Source: a virus. From it: a stretch of DNA of 64,000 nt. Below are positions 37,769 to 47,027 of this stretch, piece after piece. How positions within the stretch are numbered: position 1 is the stretch's first letter; every line of letters begins with the position of its first letter. The notes beneath the pieces are model-generated. The model was not told the origin of the DNA and made no database searches. It saw nothing but the letters and a program-made list of their open reading frames with translations. The position numbers and the translations under genes were made by a program. The stretch spans positions 41,879 through 105,878 of IMG/VR virus record IMGVR_UViG_3300036761_003779; one strand, written 5' to 3'.

Positions 37769-38929
37769 TCACGCGGCGGTCAGCAGGTTGCCCTTCACCC
37801 AGCACTTGAAGTAGACCGCGGCGCTGACAATGTTATCCCGGACCGTCACCCTGACCATGTCCCCCGTCCCGGCCTTGAGCTTGAGCCCGCCGCCAATCAG
37901 GTACGTGGAGGACATCATGTCCTTGGAGCTGACCACCCACTCGAAGCCGCCCGGGGGGGAGAAGTAGATGAAGGACTCGTTCTGCTTCAGGTTCTGGATC
38001 GTCCCGGCCACGCCCCCGGCAACAACCTCCACCAGGAGCCCGTTCACCAGCGGCCCGGCGGCCGACCCAAAGGCGTTGGACCCAAAGGTGACGGAGTTGG
38101 AGACCATCACAAACTTGATCTCCTGGAGGCTGACGTCCTGCGTAGCGTGGGCGTTGTAGGAGAAGACCCGCGCGGTCCCGGAGCCGTCCACGAGGAGGGA
38201 CTCCGCCCCGCCATTCTTCACGAAGTCGTTGCGGATGGAGGCCGCGGAGGGCGGGACGGAGCTAAAGGCGATCGCATCCCCCTCCGGGCTGTACAGGGTC
38301 ATCTTCAGGCGCCCACGGCCGGCCGCCGTGTCGAGGGCGTCCAGCTCGACGAGGTCCGTGGCGCCCCGCGCCACCTTCGAGGACGTCTGGAGGCGGTAGA
38401 CCGCCCCGTCCAGGATGACCCCGACCGCGTTCCCCGCGGAGTCGAAGAGGACCCACTCCGCGCGCCCGGCCGCGTTGGTCCGGACCGTCCGGACGTTCGT
38501 GCCGTCCCAGCCGGCCAGGAGGACCGGCGCCCCGGAGGGCGGGGAGCCGGCGAGCGCCGCGCCCACGACCTCCGGGCGGCCCACGCTGTCCGTCTTGTGC
38601 GCCCGTACATTCGTCCCGTCCTGTCCGGCGGCCAGGACCGGGTTCTGGGTCGGGGGAGCGCCGCCCGCGTCGCTCCCCTTCACCGCCCAGGGAGGCGTCC
38701 CCTGCTGGACGGTCCAGGCCCCGCTCTGGATGGCGTCGACGTTCCCGATATTGTTGTCCCCGGCCGGGAGCGGGTCCGTGATCTTCTTGACCCCCGCCGT
38801 GTCCCGGATGGCCGCGAGTATGGTCTTGACGTCCCCGAGGGTCCCCTCCTTGGCCGGGTCGATCTTGTTCCCCGCGGCGTCGAGGATGTTGATCTCGCCC
38901 CCGTCTATCTCGACGACGTAGGTGATCAT
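37769..38929 (-). CDS. Putative head/neck fibre protein
   Basis: LPAGDNNIGNVD; repeated PVL(A/L)AG(Q/W)DGTNVR. Confidence 0.6.
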   Translation of the reverse strand: MITYVVEIDGGEINILDAAGNKIDPAKEGTLGDVKTILAAIRDTAGVKKITDPLPAGDNNIGNVDAIQSGAWTVQQGTPPWAVKGSDAGGAPPTQNPVLAAGQDGTNVRAHKTDSVGRPEVVGAALAGSPPSGAPVLLAGWDGTNVRTVRTNAAGRAEWVLFDSAGNAVGVILDGAVYRLQTSSKVARGATDLVELDALDTAAGRGRLKMTLYSPEGDAIAFSSVPPSAASIRNDFVKNGGAESLLVDGSGTARVFSYNAHATQDVSLQEIKFVMVSNSVTFGSNAFGSAAGPLVNGLLVEVVAGGVAGTIQNLKQNESFIYFSPPGGFEWVVSSKDMMSSTYLIGGGLKLKAGTGDMVRVTVRDNIVSAAVYFKCWVKGNLLTAA

Positions 38930-39387
38930 GCGACCGTCTCCGTCCAGTCGATGGAGGCCACCTTCCCGTTCCCATCCCGGGTGAAGACCCCCGTCATCCG
39001 CTGTTTCTCCGCCCCGGCCGCGGTATAGTGGACGACGTCAAGCTGGGAGACCTTCCCGGCCGCCCGGATGATGAGGACCTCCCGGACCCGGACCGTCTTC
39101 CCGGCGTCCGTCCAGAAGACGACGGAGGTCACCCGCCCGGCGGTCCGGACGACCTCCTGGAAGCACGTCTCCGAGAGCCCGTGGATCAGCGTGTCAAGGA
39201 CCTCGTGCTGCGCCTCCGTGATCCCGCGCGGGTCGAAGACGCCCGCCGCGTCCTCCAGCTTAAACTGCCCGTCCGCGTACAGGATCCCGCCGGCCGCCGT
39301 GGGGATGGTCCCCGGCGCCTGCTCCGTGAGGAGGATCTCCTCCGACTCCTGGAGCGGCCCCGGGAACCTGTCCGGCGTGTTAGGCAT
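38926..39387 (-). CDS. Hypothetical structural protein
   Basis: MPNTPDRFPGP; C-terminal R.AG(R/K)V repeats. Confidence 0.55.
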   Translation of the reverse strand: MPNTPDRFPGPLQESEEILLTEQAPGTIPTAAGGILYADGQFKLEDAAGVFDPRGITEAQHEVLDTLIHGLSETCFQEVVRTAGRVTSVVFWTDAGKTVRVREVLIIRAAGKVSQLDVVHYTAAGAEKQRMTGVFTRDGNGKVASIDWTETVA

Positions 39388-40021
39388 CCGCAGGCGCCCC
39401 CGGCTTGGCCTTCTTGACGCGCGGAGCATGCGACTGGGGCGCCTTCAGGGGGACGATCCTCCCCTTACCCTTCCCATTCCCACCGCCCCCGCCTACAGCC
39501 TCCTGGGTCCCCGGGGCACGCTGTCCGTTGGGAGTCCCGCGCCCGCTCCAGTCCTCCTCATTCCCCTCCACCTCCTTGGCCCGGCGGAAGGCAAGGATGC
39601 TGGCGGTCACGTCCCCGAGAGCGGAGGCAGCCGCGATGTTGAGCCCGTCGACCTTCCCGGCCGCCCGGTTCAGCTCCACCGTCCGCGCCTCCCCCGCCTC
39701 CCGGACGGAGAGGACCGCGGCCGCCAGGACCTGGATCAGCTCCTTCCCGAGGGCGGGGTCCAGCTTCTCGTCCTTGACGCGCTGCTTCACGATCTCGATG
39801 TGTTGCTGAACGATGGGCCCGGCCTGCCGGAGCCCGGCCGCGACGCCCTTCAGCTCGTGGAAGTTGGGCGCCGCCTCCGCTAGCTTCTCCCGAATCCCCC
39901 GGAAGACCCTGAGGGAGGTCTCCGCGCGGTCCAGCATGACCGGCGCCTCCGCCAGCTCCGCGCGGTAGTCACCCAGAGCAAGGACCGCGGCGTCGAGTTG
40001 CGCAAGCAGCTTCAGTGGCAT
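39380..40021 (-). CDS. Hypothetical helical protein
   Basis: 213 aa, GAGGA SD. Confidence 0.55.
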   Translation of the reverse strand: MPLKLLAQLDAAVLALGDYRAELAEAPVMLDRAETSLRVFRGIREKLAEAAPNFHELKGVAAGLRQAGPIVQQHIEIVKQRVKDEKLDPALGKELIQVLAAAVLSVREAGEARTVELNRAAGKVDGLNIAAASALGDVTASILAFRRAKEVEGNEEDWSGRGTPNGQRAPGTQEAVGGGGGNGKGKGRIVPLKAPQSHAPRVKKAKPGAPADA

Positions 40022-40096
40022 GGAATCCTCATCACCCGGCCAGGTCAGGAGGGAAGGTTAGCGCCGCGGACCGCCCGGTGTGAACTGTGCTGCGTC

Positions 40097-41803
40097 CTAT
40101 GCGAAGCCGACGGAGATGACGACGTCCCCGGCCTTGATGCCCTTCGGGAAGTCGAACATAACATCCCCATTGGACGGCGTGCTCCCGGGGTAGACGTCAC
40201 CGGTCCCGGCCGCGGCCGCGCCCCGGAGGAGCCGCCCGTTGAGGAAGACGAACATGTCCGCGGTCGTGGCACCCACCGCCATCGCCAGCGTGTAGCCAGT
40301 CTGGGAGAAGGTGGCCGCCGGGACGTTCACGCCCTGCCCGTAGTTGGAGCCCGCGATAAAGAGGAAGACGTCGTCCAGGCCCGCGCCGCCCTGCTCGATG
40401 GCGTACTTGATGGCCGCGGAGATGGAGGCGTGCGGCCCGCCGGTCAGCGCGGAGATGGCCCCCGCCGTCGCGTCGTCGAGCGGGATCGCCGTGGTCTGCT
40501 GGGCGGTCTCGAAGGAGAGGACGTCGTCCGCCTCGAGCTTCAGGTTGCCCGCGCCCGCCCCGGCGTTCCGGGAAGCGATGAGCAGCTCCTTCGCCCCGGC
40601 CGCGTTGGCGGCCTGGATGAGGTGGGAGTCATCCGTGAAGTCCGCGTCCAGGACCACCCCGTCCATCACGACGTTCCCCGCGTTCGCGTCGAGGGTCACG
40701 CCCACGCCGTCCACGGTCACCGGCTGCCCGGTGGAGAGGAGCTTCAGGGCGGCCGCGCCGGCGTCGATCTGCCCGGCGGTCACGCCCAGGTTGAGCGGCG
40801 TCCCGCCGGAGTCCACCGTCACGCCGTTGTCGATGTCCACGACCCCGGCCGCGCCGACGTTCACGTCCAGGAGGTCCGCGTTGACCTCCACCTCGTCCCC
40901 GGCCACCGCCGGCGCCAGCATGAGGAGGCTCCGCGCGCCGCCGCTGTCCTGGAAGTTGAGGGCCACCGCGTCGTTGATCCGCCAGTAGACGTTCGTGGCC
41001 TGAGTGGCCGGAGTCGTCCCCTGGTTGTCGATGGCGGTGTCGAGGTCCACCGTGACCGCGCCGGAGCCAATGTCGACGAAGGGCGACCGGCGGAGGAAGT
41101 CGATCTTGTTCCAGGTGTCGAGGTACTGCCTATCGACGAAGGCGATGTTGATGACCTTGTTCTGGATGTCCGCAACCGGGACCGCCTCGAGGTCGTCGTG
41201 GGTCGCGTTGACGCGGACGAAGGAGATCTGCGCCCGCTCCGGCGTCGTGTCCGTGAAGGCCGCGCCATCCGTGGCGCCCGTCTCGTGCTGAAGGAGCGCC
41301 CAGACCTCCCGGCTGCTCGAGAGGATCGGGTCGCCAGTCGTGGCGTTGACCACCGCGCAGAGGTTCTCCGGGTTGATGGCGTTCGCGCCCGCGACCTCCG
41401 CGAGGGAGTGCGCCCCGAAGGAGGCGTTGAGCGCCGTGGGGAGGCCGACCTGGATGCCGGAGATCGCCTTGATATTGAGGCCGCCCGCCGGCAGCTCGTT
41501 CCCGGCGACGGAGATCACCTTCCAGTTCTGCGCGTTGGGGACCGTGATGTCCGTGAGCAGCTGTAGCTCCCGGTCCGCCAGTTTCTCGTCGAGGAAGGTC
41601 TTGGCCGCGATGGCCGCGATGGAGAGGTCCGGCGCGGTCTCCCAGGCCACCTCCCCGAGGATGTCTGCCACCTGACTGGCCAGGTAGGAGACGGTATCCG
41701 CCAGGTCCACCGCGTTCGCGTCGTGGTTGGTCGGGGTTAGGGTATCGTCGATGCCGGACCCCTCGGTATGCATCTGGTCCTGGCGGAGTCTCGAAACGGC
41801 CAT
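40097..41803 (-). CDS. Head/collar fibre-like structural protein
   Basis: GGAGG SD; A/D/G/T-rich; C-terminal DMFVFLNGRLL module. Confidence 0.6.
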   Translation of the reverse strand: MAVSRLRQDQMHTEGSGIDDTLTPTNHDANAVDLADTVSYLASQVADILGEVAWETAPDLSIAAIAAKTFLDEKLADRELQLLTDITVPNAQNWKVISVAGNELPAGGLNIKAISGIQVGLPTALNASFGAHSLAEVAGANAINPENLCAVVNATTGDPILSSSREVWALLQHETGATDGAAFTDTTPERAQISFVRVNATHDDLEAVPVADIQNKVINIAFVDRQYLDTWNKIDFLRRSPFVDIGSGAVTVDLDTAIDNQGTTPATQATNVYWRINDAVALNFQDSGGARSLLMLAPAVAGDEVEVNADLLDVNVGAAGVVDIDNGVTVDSGGTPLNLGVTAGQIDAGAAALKLLSTGQPVTVDGVGVTLDANAGNVVMDGVVLDADFTDDSHLIQAANAAGAKELLIASRNAGAGAGNLKLEADDVLSFETAQQTTAIPLDDATAGAISALTGGPHASISAAIKYAIEQGGAGLDDVFLFIAGSNYGQGVNVPAATFSQTGYTLAMAVGATTADMFVFLNGRLLRGAAAAGTGDVYPGSTPSNGDVMFDFPKGIKAGDVVISVGFA

Positions 41804-41866
41804 CACTACCTCCAATGGAAGGTTTGACCCCTCCAAGGTAGCGCGGGCGATCCCGGACCGGCAGCG

Positions 41867-42220
41867 TTATGAAGGAGGCGTCCAGCGCGCGCGGCCCCGC
41901 TTGTCCAGGTCCACCCGGAAGCGGCCGGAGCGCCCGTTGAGGAACATCGTGAGGGAAAGGAGGACCCCGTCAGAGAGGGCGGAGACCCGCTCCGCGGCCG
42001 GCTCCCCCGCCCGGTCCCGGAGGACCTCGGCGGAGAAGCGGACCCCCCGGAAGCGCCGCGGGAGCGGAAGATCCGCCCGCGCCCCGCCCGTCCCGAGGGC
42101 CACGCCCGTGAGCGCGCCCCCGTCCGGACCGGACGCCAGGGTCTCCCACCCCCGGAGCCCGTCCGGGGTCAGGATGTCGAAGGGCATGACCCTCCCGTCG
42201 ATGAGGCTGGCGTACAACAA
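41867..42220 (-). CDS. Hypothetical protein
   Basis: ORF filling the gap in the operon; start uncertain. Confidence 0.45.
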   Translation of the reverse strand: MLYASLIDGRVMPFDILTPDGLRGWETLASGPDGGALTGVALGTGGARADLPLPRRFRGVRFSAEVLRDRAGEPAAERVSALSDGVLLSLTMFLNGRSGRFRVDLDKRGRARWTPPS

Positions 42221-42241
42221 GCGGCACCGTCCGCCGGCGGT

Positions 42242-42664
42242 CTACCTCCCGCCGGGCTTCTTCCCGCCGGGCTTCCCGCTCGGCTTCTCGGAGACGGCCG
42301 CCCGCTGCTTCCCGGGCTTCCGGATCTTCCCCCGCTCCCGGAGCAGCTCCACCTGCCGCCCGTGCGGAAGGTGCGCGATGCCCTCCTGCTCCGCGAGCTT
42401 GGCGATCTCCGCCTCCCCGGCCCCGCGCCGGTCCACCCGCTTGCTCTCCACGTAGGGCTGGACGGTCAGGCGGTTGTAGAGGTCCGGCTCCGCCTGCTTG
42501 ATGTGCTCCAGTTCGTCCCGCGTCACCGTCTTCGGGATCCCGGGGAACAGGCGGAGGACGCCGAAACAGCTGCGCTGCAGCGCTCCCCCATCCTTCTTCT
42601 TCTCCGGGACCTCGACGGTCGCCGAGGGCGCGGACCGGAGCGTCACGATCGTTCTCTCCGTCAT
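42242..42664 (-). CDS. Hypothetical protein
   Basis: 140 aa, GGAGGAG SD, ATGA overlap. Confidence 0.6.
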   Translation of the reverse strand: MTERTIVTLRSAPSATVEVPEKKKDGGALQRSCFGVLRLFPGIPKTVTRDELEHIKQAEPDLYNRLTVQPYVESKRVDRRGAGEAEIAKLAEQEGIAHLPHGRQVELLRERGKIRKPGKQRAAVSEKPSGKPGGKKPGGR

Positions 42665-42978
42665 TTCTCTCCTCCTTCCACGCCGGTCACCCGAAACCTC
42701 GAGTTGACCGACACGGTGGAGAGGATCCGCTGATCCGTCACGACCACCGGCCGACCGGAGATGAACCGCACACCGTGGACCTCGTAGCTGCTTCCCTCCA
42801 CGAGTTCCACCTTGGCCGCACGGACCTTCGGGGCAGGCGCCTCCGGCGCCGGCTCCAGCATCCGCTTGACCGTGGGGGCGGACTTCACCTCTGCCGGCTG
42901 GGTGGACGTGACCTCGACCCGCTTCTCCTCCTCCGCCGCCGGCTTGGGCCGGCGCGTGGTGGCGATGATCTTGGTCAT
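42661..42978 (-). CDS. Small post-capsid protein (YqbF-like C-terminus)
   Basis: VELVEGSSYEVHGVRF..PVVV; directly after the capsid gene, as in PBSX/skin-like modules. Confidence 0.5.
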   Translation of the reverse strand: MTKIIATTRRPKPAAEEEKRVEVTSTQPAEVKSAPTVKRMLEPAPEAPAPKVRAAKVELVEGSSYEVHGVRFISGRPVVVTDQRILSTVSVNSRFRVTGVEGGEK

Positions 42979-43044
42979 CTGTCCCTCCGTGGCTAGGGCG
43001 GCGGAGGCGAGACTACCCCGCCCCCGCCCCTAGCCGGCCAAGGC

Positions 43045-44238
43045 TCAGTCGAGCCCGATGTTGATCCCCTTCACCGTCGCGGTGACCTCCTCCACCTGGA
43101 CGCTCACCTTCGTCGTGATGGCGAACTGGTTCACGCCCTTGTAGATGTCCCGGTCCGTCTCGATCCGGACGTCCCGGCCGATGGCGAGGATCAGGTTCTG
43201 GAAGTCCGCCAGGACGATCTGCCCACCGGAGTGGTAGGTGATCTTGAAGATCCCGCCGGCCGCCATCGCGCCGCCGCCCACGGAGGTGACCGTCCCGAGG
43301 GTCCGGTCGACCGTGTAGTCCGTGGTCTCGAGGAGCGGCGTCACCGGGGAGGCGCCGAGGGTCGACGGGGTGACCACCACGGTCGTCCCGATGTGGTTGT
43401 AGCGGAGGACGACCGTCACCGGCGCGGCGCCGAAGGTCTTGTGCTCGACCACCCGCGGGTCCGGCTCGAGGAGCGGGACCGGGATCATCGGCACGCCGAA
43501 GACCGGGATGGTCCCGGCGGAGGTCAGGGCGGAGTCGCCGGCGGCGGTGGTCCGGGAGCTGACCTTCTCCCTCCAGTTCTGCTCCATGTCCAGGGCCATC
43601 AGGAAGCGCAGGTTGCGCCGGGTCCGGCGGAACTTCACCGGCATCTTCTTGATCATGCCGCTGAAGATCTGCGACGAGAGGTTGGCGCCGTCCGCGTCGT
43701 AGATGTTCCCGGCGTCCAGGAGGCGGAGCCACCCGTCGAACATGGCCATGAAGGAGTCCTTCACGACCTGGGTGGTGCTGCCGCCCTCCAGGAGGTCCGC
43801 CTCGGTGCGGGCGGGTCCCAGGACGTCGCCGTTGATGAAGACCTCCTCGAGGTCGTTCGCGGTCTGAGTCGCCATCAGGCGGACGACGGTGTCCTCCACC
43901 GCCTCCCCCTCGATGTTCAGCTCCGCGAAGTTGTCGGAGATCTCGAAGGGCGTCATGACCTCACGCGGGGTGAGGGTCACCTTCGAGGTGCTCACGCCGC
44001 GGCGGAGGCCGGGGTCCTTAGCCTCCTCCTTGGGCACGCTCACGCGCTGCCCGACGCCGATCTTGTCGATCTGCATGTTCTCGTTGCGGAAGCGGACCAC
44101 GCGGACCGACCCCTTCAGCTCCGTGACGTCGATCACGAAGTCGATGAAGGTGTTGGCCTGCACGTCGTTGAGCTTCCCCGCGGCGGCGATGTCCGCCGTG
44201 GTGATGATGGCCTTCTGGACCAGCTCCTCGTTCGTCAT
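43045..44238 (-). CDS. Major capsid protein (XkdG-like, HK97 fold) with inserted domain
   Basis: GKLNDVQANTFIDFV, KIGVGQR, NIEGEAVEDTV, ANDLEEVFINGD, DGWLRL. Confidence 0.9.
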   Translation of the reverse strand: MTNEELVQKAIITTADIAAAGKLNDVQANTFIDFVIDVTELKGSVRVVRFRNENMQIDKIGVGQRVSVPKEEAKDPGLRRGVSTSKVTLTPREVMTPFEISDNFAELNIEGEAVEDTVVRLMATQTANDLEEVFINGDVLGPARTEADLLEGGSTTQVVKDSFMAMFDGWLRLLDAGNIYDADGANLSSQIFSGMIKKMPVKFRRTRRNLRFLMALDMEQNWREKVSSRTTAAGDSALTSAGTIPVFGVPMIPVPLLEPDPRVVEHKTFGAAPVTVVLRYNHIGTTVVVTPSTLGASPVTPLLETTDYTVDRTLGTVTSVGGGAMAAGGIFKITYHSGGQIVLADFQNLILAIGRDVRIETDRDIYKGVNQFAITTKVSVQVEEVTATVKGINIGLD

Positions 44239-44310
44239 TGTCCTATCCTCCTGCTTGCCGGCGTCCTTCCGTCTGCCGGACGGGTTGTTGCCCGCGGACC
44301 TCGCCGGCCG

Positions 44311-45993
44311 CTAGGCGGGATTCCTCTTCTGCGCGCGCTGAACCACCGAGTGGACCGCGCTCCCGGCCCACTTGCTCTTCGTCGCCGGGGTGGGCTCCGG
44401 CGGCCGGGTCGTCGCGTCCGGGACGGACTCCCCCTTGGCGACCGCGCGGACCGTCTCCATCTTCCCGATGACCGCGCCCTGCTCCTCCAGCTTCTTGTTG
44501 ACGCCCGCGAGCCCGTCCTCGACCGCCTTCTGGACGATCGCGGGGAGTCCCTCGAGCCGCTTGGCCACGGCCGCGTCCACGGCGGACTCGACCGCCTTCT
44601 GGACGTCCACCGTCGGCTCCGGCGCCGGCGGGGTCACCGCGGGGGGCGTCACCGCCGCCGCGGGGGGAGCCGGCGGGATCGCCGGCGGGGTCGTGACGGG
44701 CGCGGCCGCCTGCGGCGGCGGAGCGGCCTTGGCGGTCTCCGTGGGCGCCGCCTGTCCTTCGTGCTTCGTGCTCATGTCCTCTCTCCTTCTCTTTACGATG
44801 AAGAACTCCTCCTCGTTGGCGGCTGCGTCCACGATGGACACCTCCTCGACTCGGAGGTCAACGAACCTGCTCTTGGCGGGGTCCCCCTCGGCCTTCTCCA
44901 GGTGTTCCGGCGCCCGCTTCTCCGCGCGCGCCTCGCCCTCGTCCTCCTTGGGCCCATCCCCCTCCACGGGCACCCGGCGGGCGAAGCCGCCGATGGAGAG
45001 CCCGTTCAGCTTCTTCTCCCGGACCCGCTTGACCAGCTCCGGGTCGTCCGTGAACAGCTCCTGGTACCAGGTCCCCTCCGCGATCTTCTTCACGCCCCCG
45101 TCCGGGAGCGGGAACTCGAAGTCGACCGGGGCGATCACGTTCTGGATGATCTTGACCTTCTCGGAGACGTCCTTCTTGTGCATGAAGCCGACGGTCTGGA
45201 ACTCCCGCATGAAGCGTTCGTTCGCCCGCCGGATCTCCTCCGCGGCGGTCACGTCTCCCTCGATGTCGGGGACCTCGGGCTTCATCACGATCCCGAACAT
45301 CCGGACCTGCTTCCCCTCGTCCTCCCCCTCCTCCGCCTTCCGGACGTACAGCTCCCCGCGCTTGGTCACCGCGGAGGGCGCCACCGCGCTCGGCTCGTCC
45401 TTCGGGTCCCCGGCGTCCGGGACCGCGCGGAGGACCGGCTCCCCCGCCGGGACCTCCCGCCGCGTCCCGACCACCGCGGAGATGTCCCGCGAGATCCGCT
45501 CCCGGCGGAGGGTCGTGAACTCGAAGGCGTCCTCCGGGACCACCTCCGCGTGAATCACGTCCGCCCGGACCTTGATCTCCCGCGGCGGCATCCCGTGGTT
45601 CTCCGCCCAGGACCGCGCCGCCGGCGCCGCTCGGAACTTGTCCACGGCGAACTCCAGCTCGTGGACGTCCTCGATCGTCAGGTTCAGCGGGAGCAGGAGG
45701 GCATTCCCGCGCGCCGCCGCTTCCTCGTTCTTCGTCATCTTCTCCTCCTTCAGGCGCCCGACGACCCCCTTGACGCCGTCCGTGACCTCGATGGTCCGGA
45801 GGGTCCCGTCCTGGAAGTCGCCCGGCTCCCGCTGACGGAAGCGCCAGCTGTCCCCGGTCTCGTCCGGCGCGCCCGCCTTGACCTTGAAGTCGTGGTCCCG
45901 GACCCACTTCGAGGCGCCCTCCCGCGTGGGGAAGGTCTCCTTGGAGAGGATCAGGGTCTGCATGACCATCTGCTTCTCTGTCTCCGTTGCCAT
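44311..45993 (-). CDS. Prohead protease (XkdF-like) fused to scaffold
   Basis: FGIVMKPEVPDIEGD, GFMHK, GTWY, LNGLSIGG, EVSIVDAAAN; start MATETEK. Confidence 0.85.
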   Translation of the reverse strand: MATETEKQMVMQTLILSKETFPTREGASKWVRDHDFKVKAGAPDETGDSWRFRQREPGDFQDGTLRTIEVTDGVKGVVGRLKEEKMTKNEEAAARGNALLLPLNLTIEDVHELEFAVDKFRAAPAARSWAENHGMPPREIKVRADVIHAEVVPEDAFEFTTLRRERISRDISAVVGTRREVPAGEPVLRAVPDAGDPKDEPSAVAPSAVTKRGELYVRKAEEGEDEGKQVRMFGIVMKPEVPDIEGDVTAAEEIRRANERFMREFQTVGFMHKKDVSEKVKIIQNVIAPVDFEFPLPDGGVKKIAEGTWYQELFTDDPELVKRVREKKLNGLSIGGFARRVPVEGDGPKEDEGEARAEKRAPEHLEKAEGDPAKSRFVDLRVEEVSIVDAAANEEEFFIVKRRREDMSTKHEGQAAPTETAKAAPPPQAAAPVTTPPAIPPAPPAAAVTPPAVTPPAPEPTVDVQKAVESAVDAAVAKRLEGLPAIVQKAVEDGLAGVNKKLEEQGAVIGKMETVRAVAKGESVPDATTRPPEPTPATKSKWAGSAVHSVVQRAQKRNPA

Positions 45994-46001
45994 GACCCCT
46001 C

Positions 46002-47027
46002 TCAGTCCGGGACGACCACGCTGCGGCAGCGCCCGTGCAGCGGCGGCCAGATGACCCCCGCCGCGGTCAGCGCCCGGCTTGCCTCCTGCGGCCCCCGGTC
46101 CCCGATGATCTCCCGGATCTCGCCCGCGCTCCGCCAGCCGGCCAGGTCCTTCACCGCGTCCGGGTCCTCCGCCGACTCCACGCGGTCCATCAGGGACACG
46201 CCGTCGGAGACCAGGAACACCCGGTCGTGAAGCTCCGCGCACTGCTCCGAGGTCCGCTCGTCCATGACCGCCTGGAACCTGTACCGCTCGATCCCCGCGT
46301 CCCGGAGCCCGCGGAGCGCCCCGGAGGCGCTGACCCGCGCCCGGACCGTCCCGGAGAGCATCTCGAAGTAGCTCCCCTTGCTCCCGCGCCAGGTCCCCGG
46401 GACCTCGGCCGCCGGGTGCCTGGCGGTAATGACCCCCTCCATGATCCGCCCCACGTCCGCCCGACCCAGGCCGCGGAGCAGCGCCTCGCGCTGGACCGTC
46501 GCCAGGATCGTCCGGGAGAGGTGTTTCCCCCAGAGGTCCCCGATCCACCAGAGCTGCTGGCGCGCGGAGGCCGCAATCGCGCCCCGGTCCGCCCGGGAGA
46601 GGGTGGCGGAGATCCGCCCCGCCGCCTTCGGGTCCGTCGCGCGCACCGCCTCCTTCGTCCGGCGCTTGGCCAGGAGGGTCATCACGCCCAGCGCCGTGGC
46701 GAGGATCTTCAGGGTCTTGATGGTGCTCCGGTCCTCCAGCTTCGCCCCGATCTCCCCGAGCATCCCCTCGACCTCCGCGACCGCCACCTCCTCCTCGGGG
46801 AGCTCCGCGAGCGCCTCCGCCGCGGCCGGGTTGTAGTCCCCGGTCCAGTCCGCGTCGAGGTCGTCCGCCAGGTCCTGCTCCAGGGCGCGGTCCCGCGCGT
46901 CCTCCCGGAGGACCGGCTCCCGGGTCCTCCCGGAGACGGTGTCCGCCAGGGTGATCAGCTCCCCGTGGGAGAGCCCGGTCAGGAACTCCGGAGTGATCGC
47001 GGCCGCGGTCTTGGCGTCCAGCTCCAC
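46002..47027 (-). CDS. Mu gpF / SPP1 gp7-like head morphogenesis protein
   Basis: YRFQAVMDERTSEQCAELHDRVF and PPLHGRCRS. Confidence 0.9.
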   Translation of the reverse strand: MELDAKTAAAITPEFLTGLSHGELITLADTVSGRTREPVLREDARDRALEQDLADDLDADWTGDYNPAAAEALAELPEEEVAVAEVEGMLGEIGAKLEDRSTIKTLKILATALGVMTLLAKRRTKEAVRATDPKAAGRISATLSRADRGAIAASARQQLWWIGDLWGKHLSRTILATVQREALLRGLGRADVGRIMEGVITARHPAAEVPGTWRGSKGSYFEMLSGTVRARVSASGALRGLRDAGIERYRFQAVMDERTSEQCAELHDRVFLVSDGVSLMDRVESAEDPDAVKDLAGWRSAGEIREIIGDRGPQEASRALTAAGVIWPPLHGRCRSVVVPD

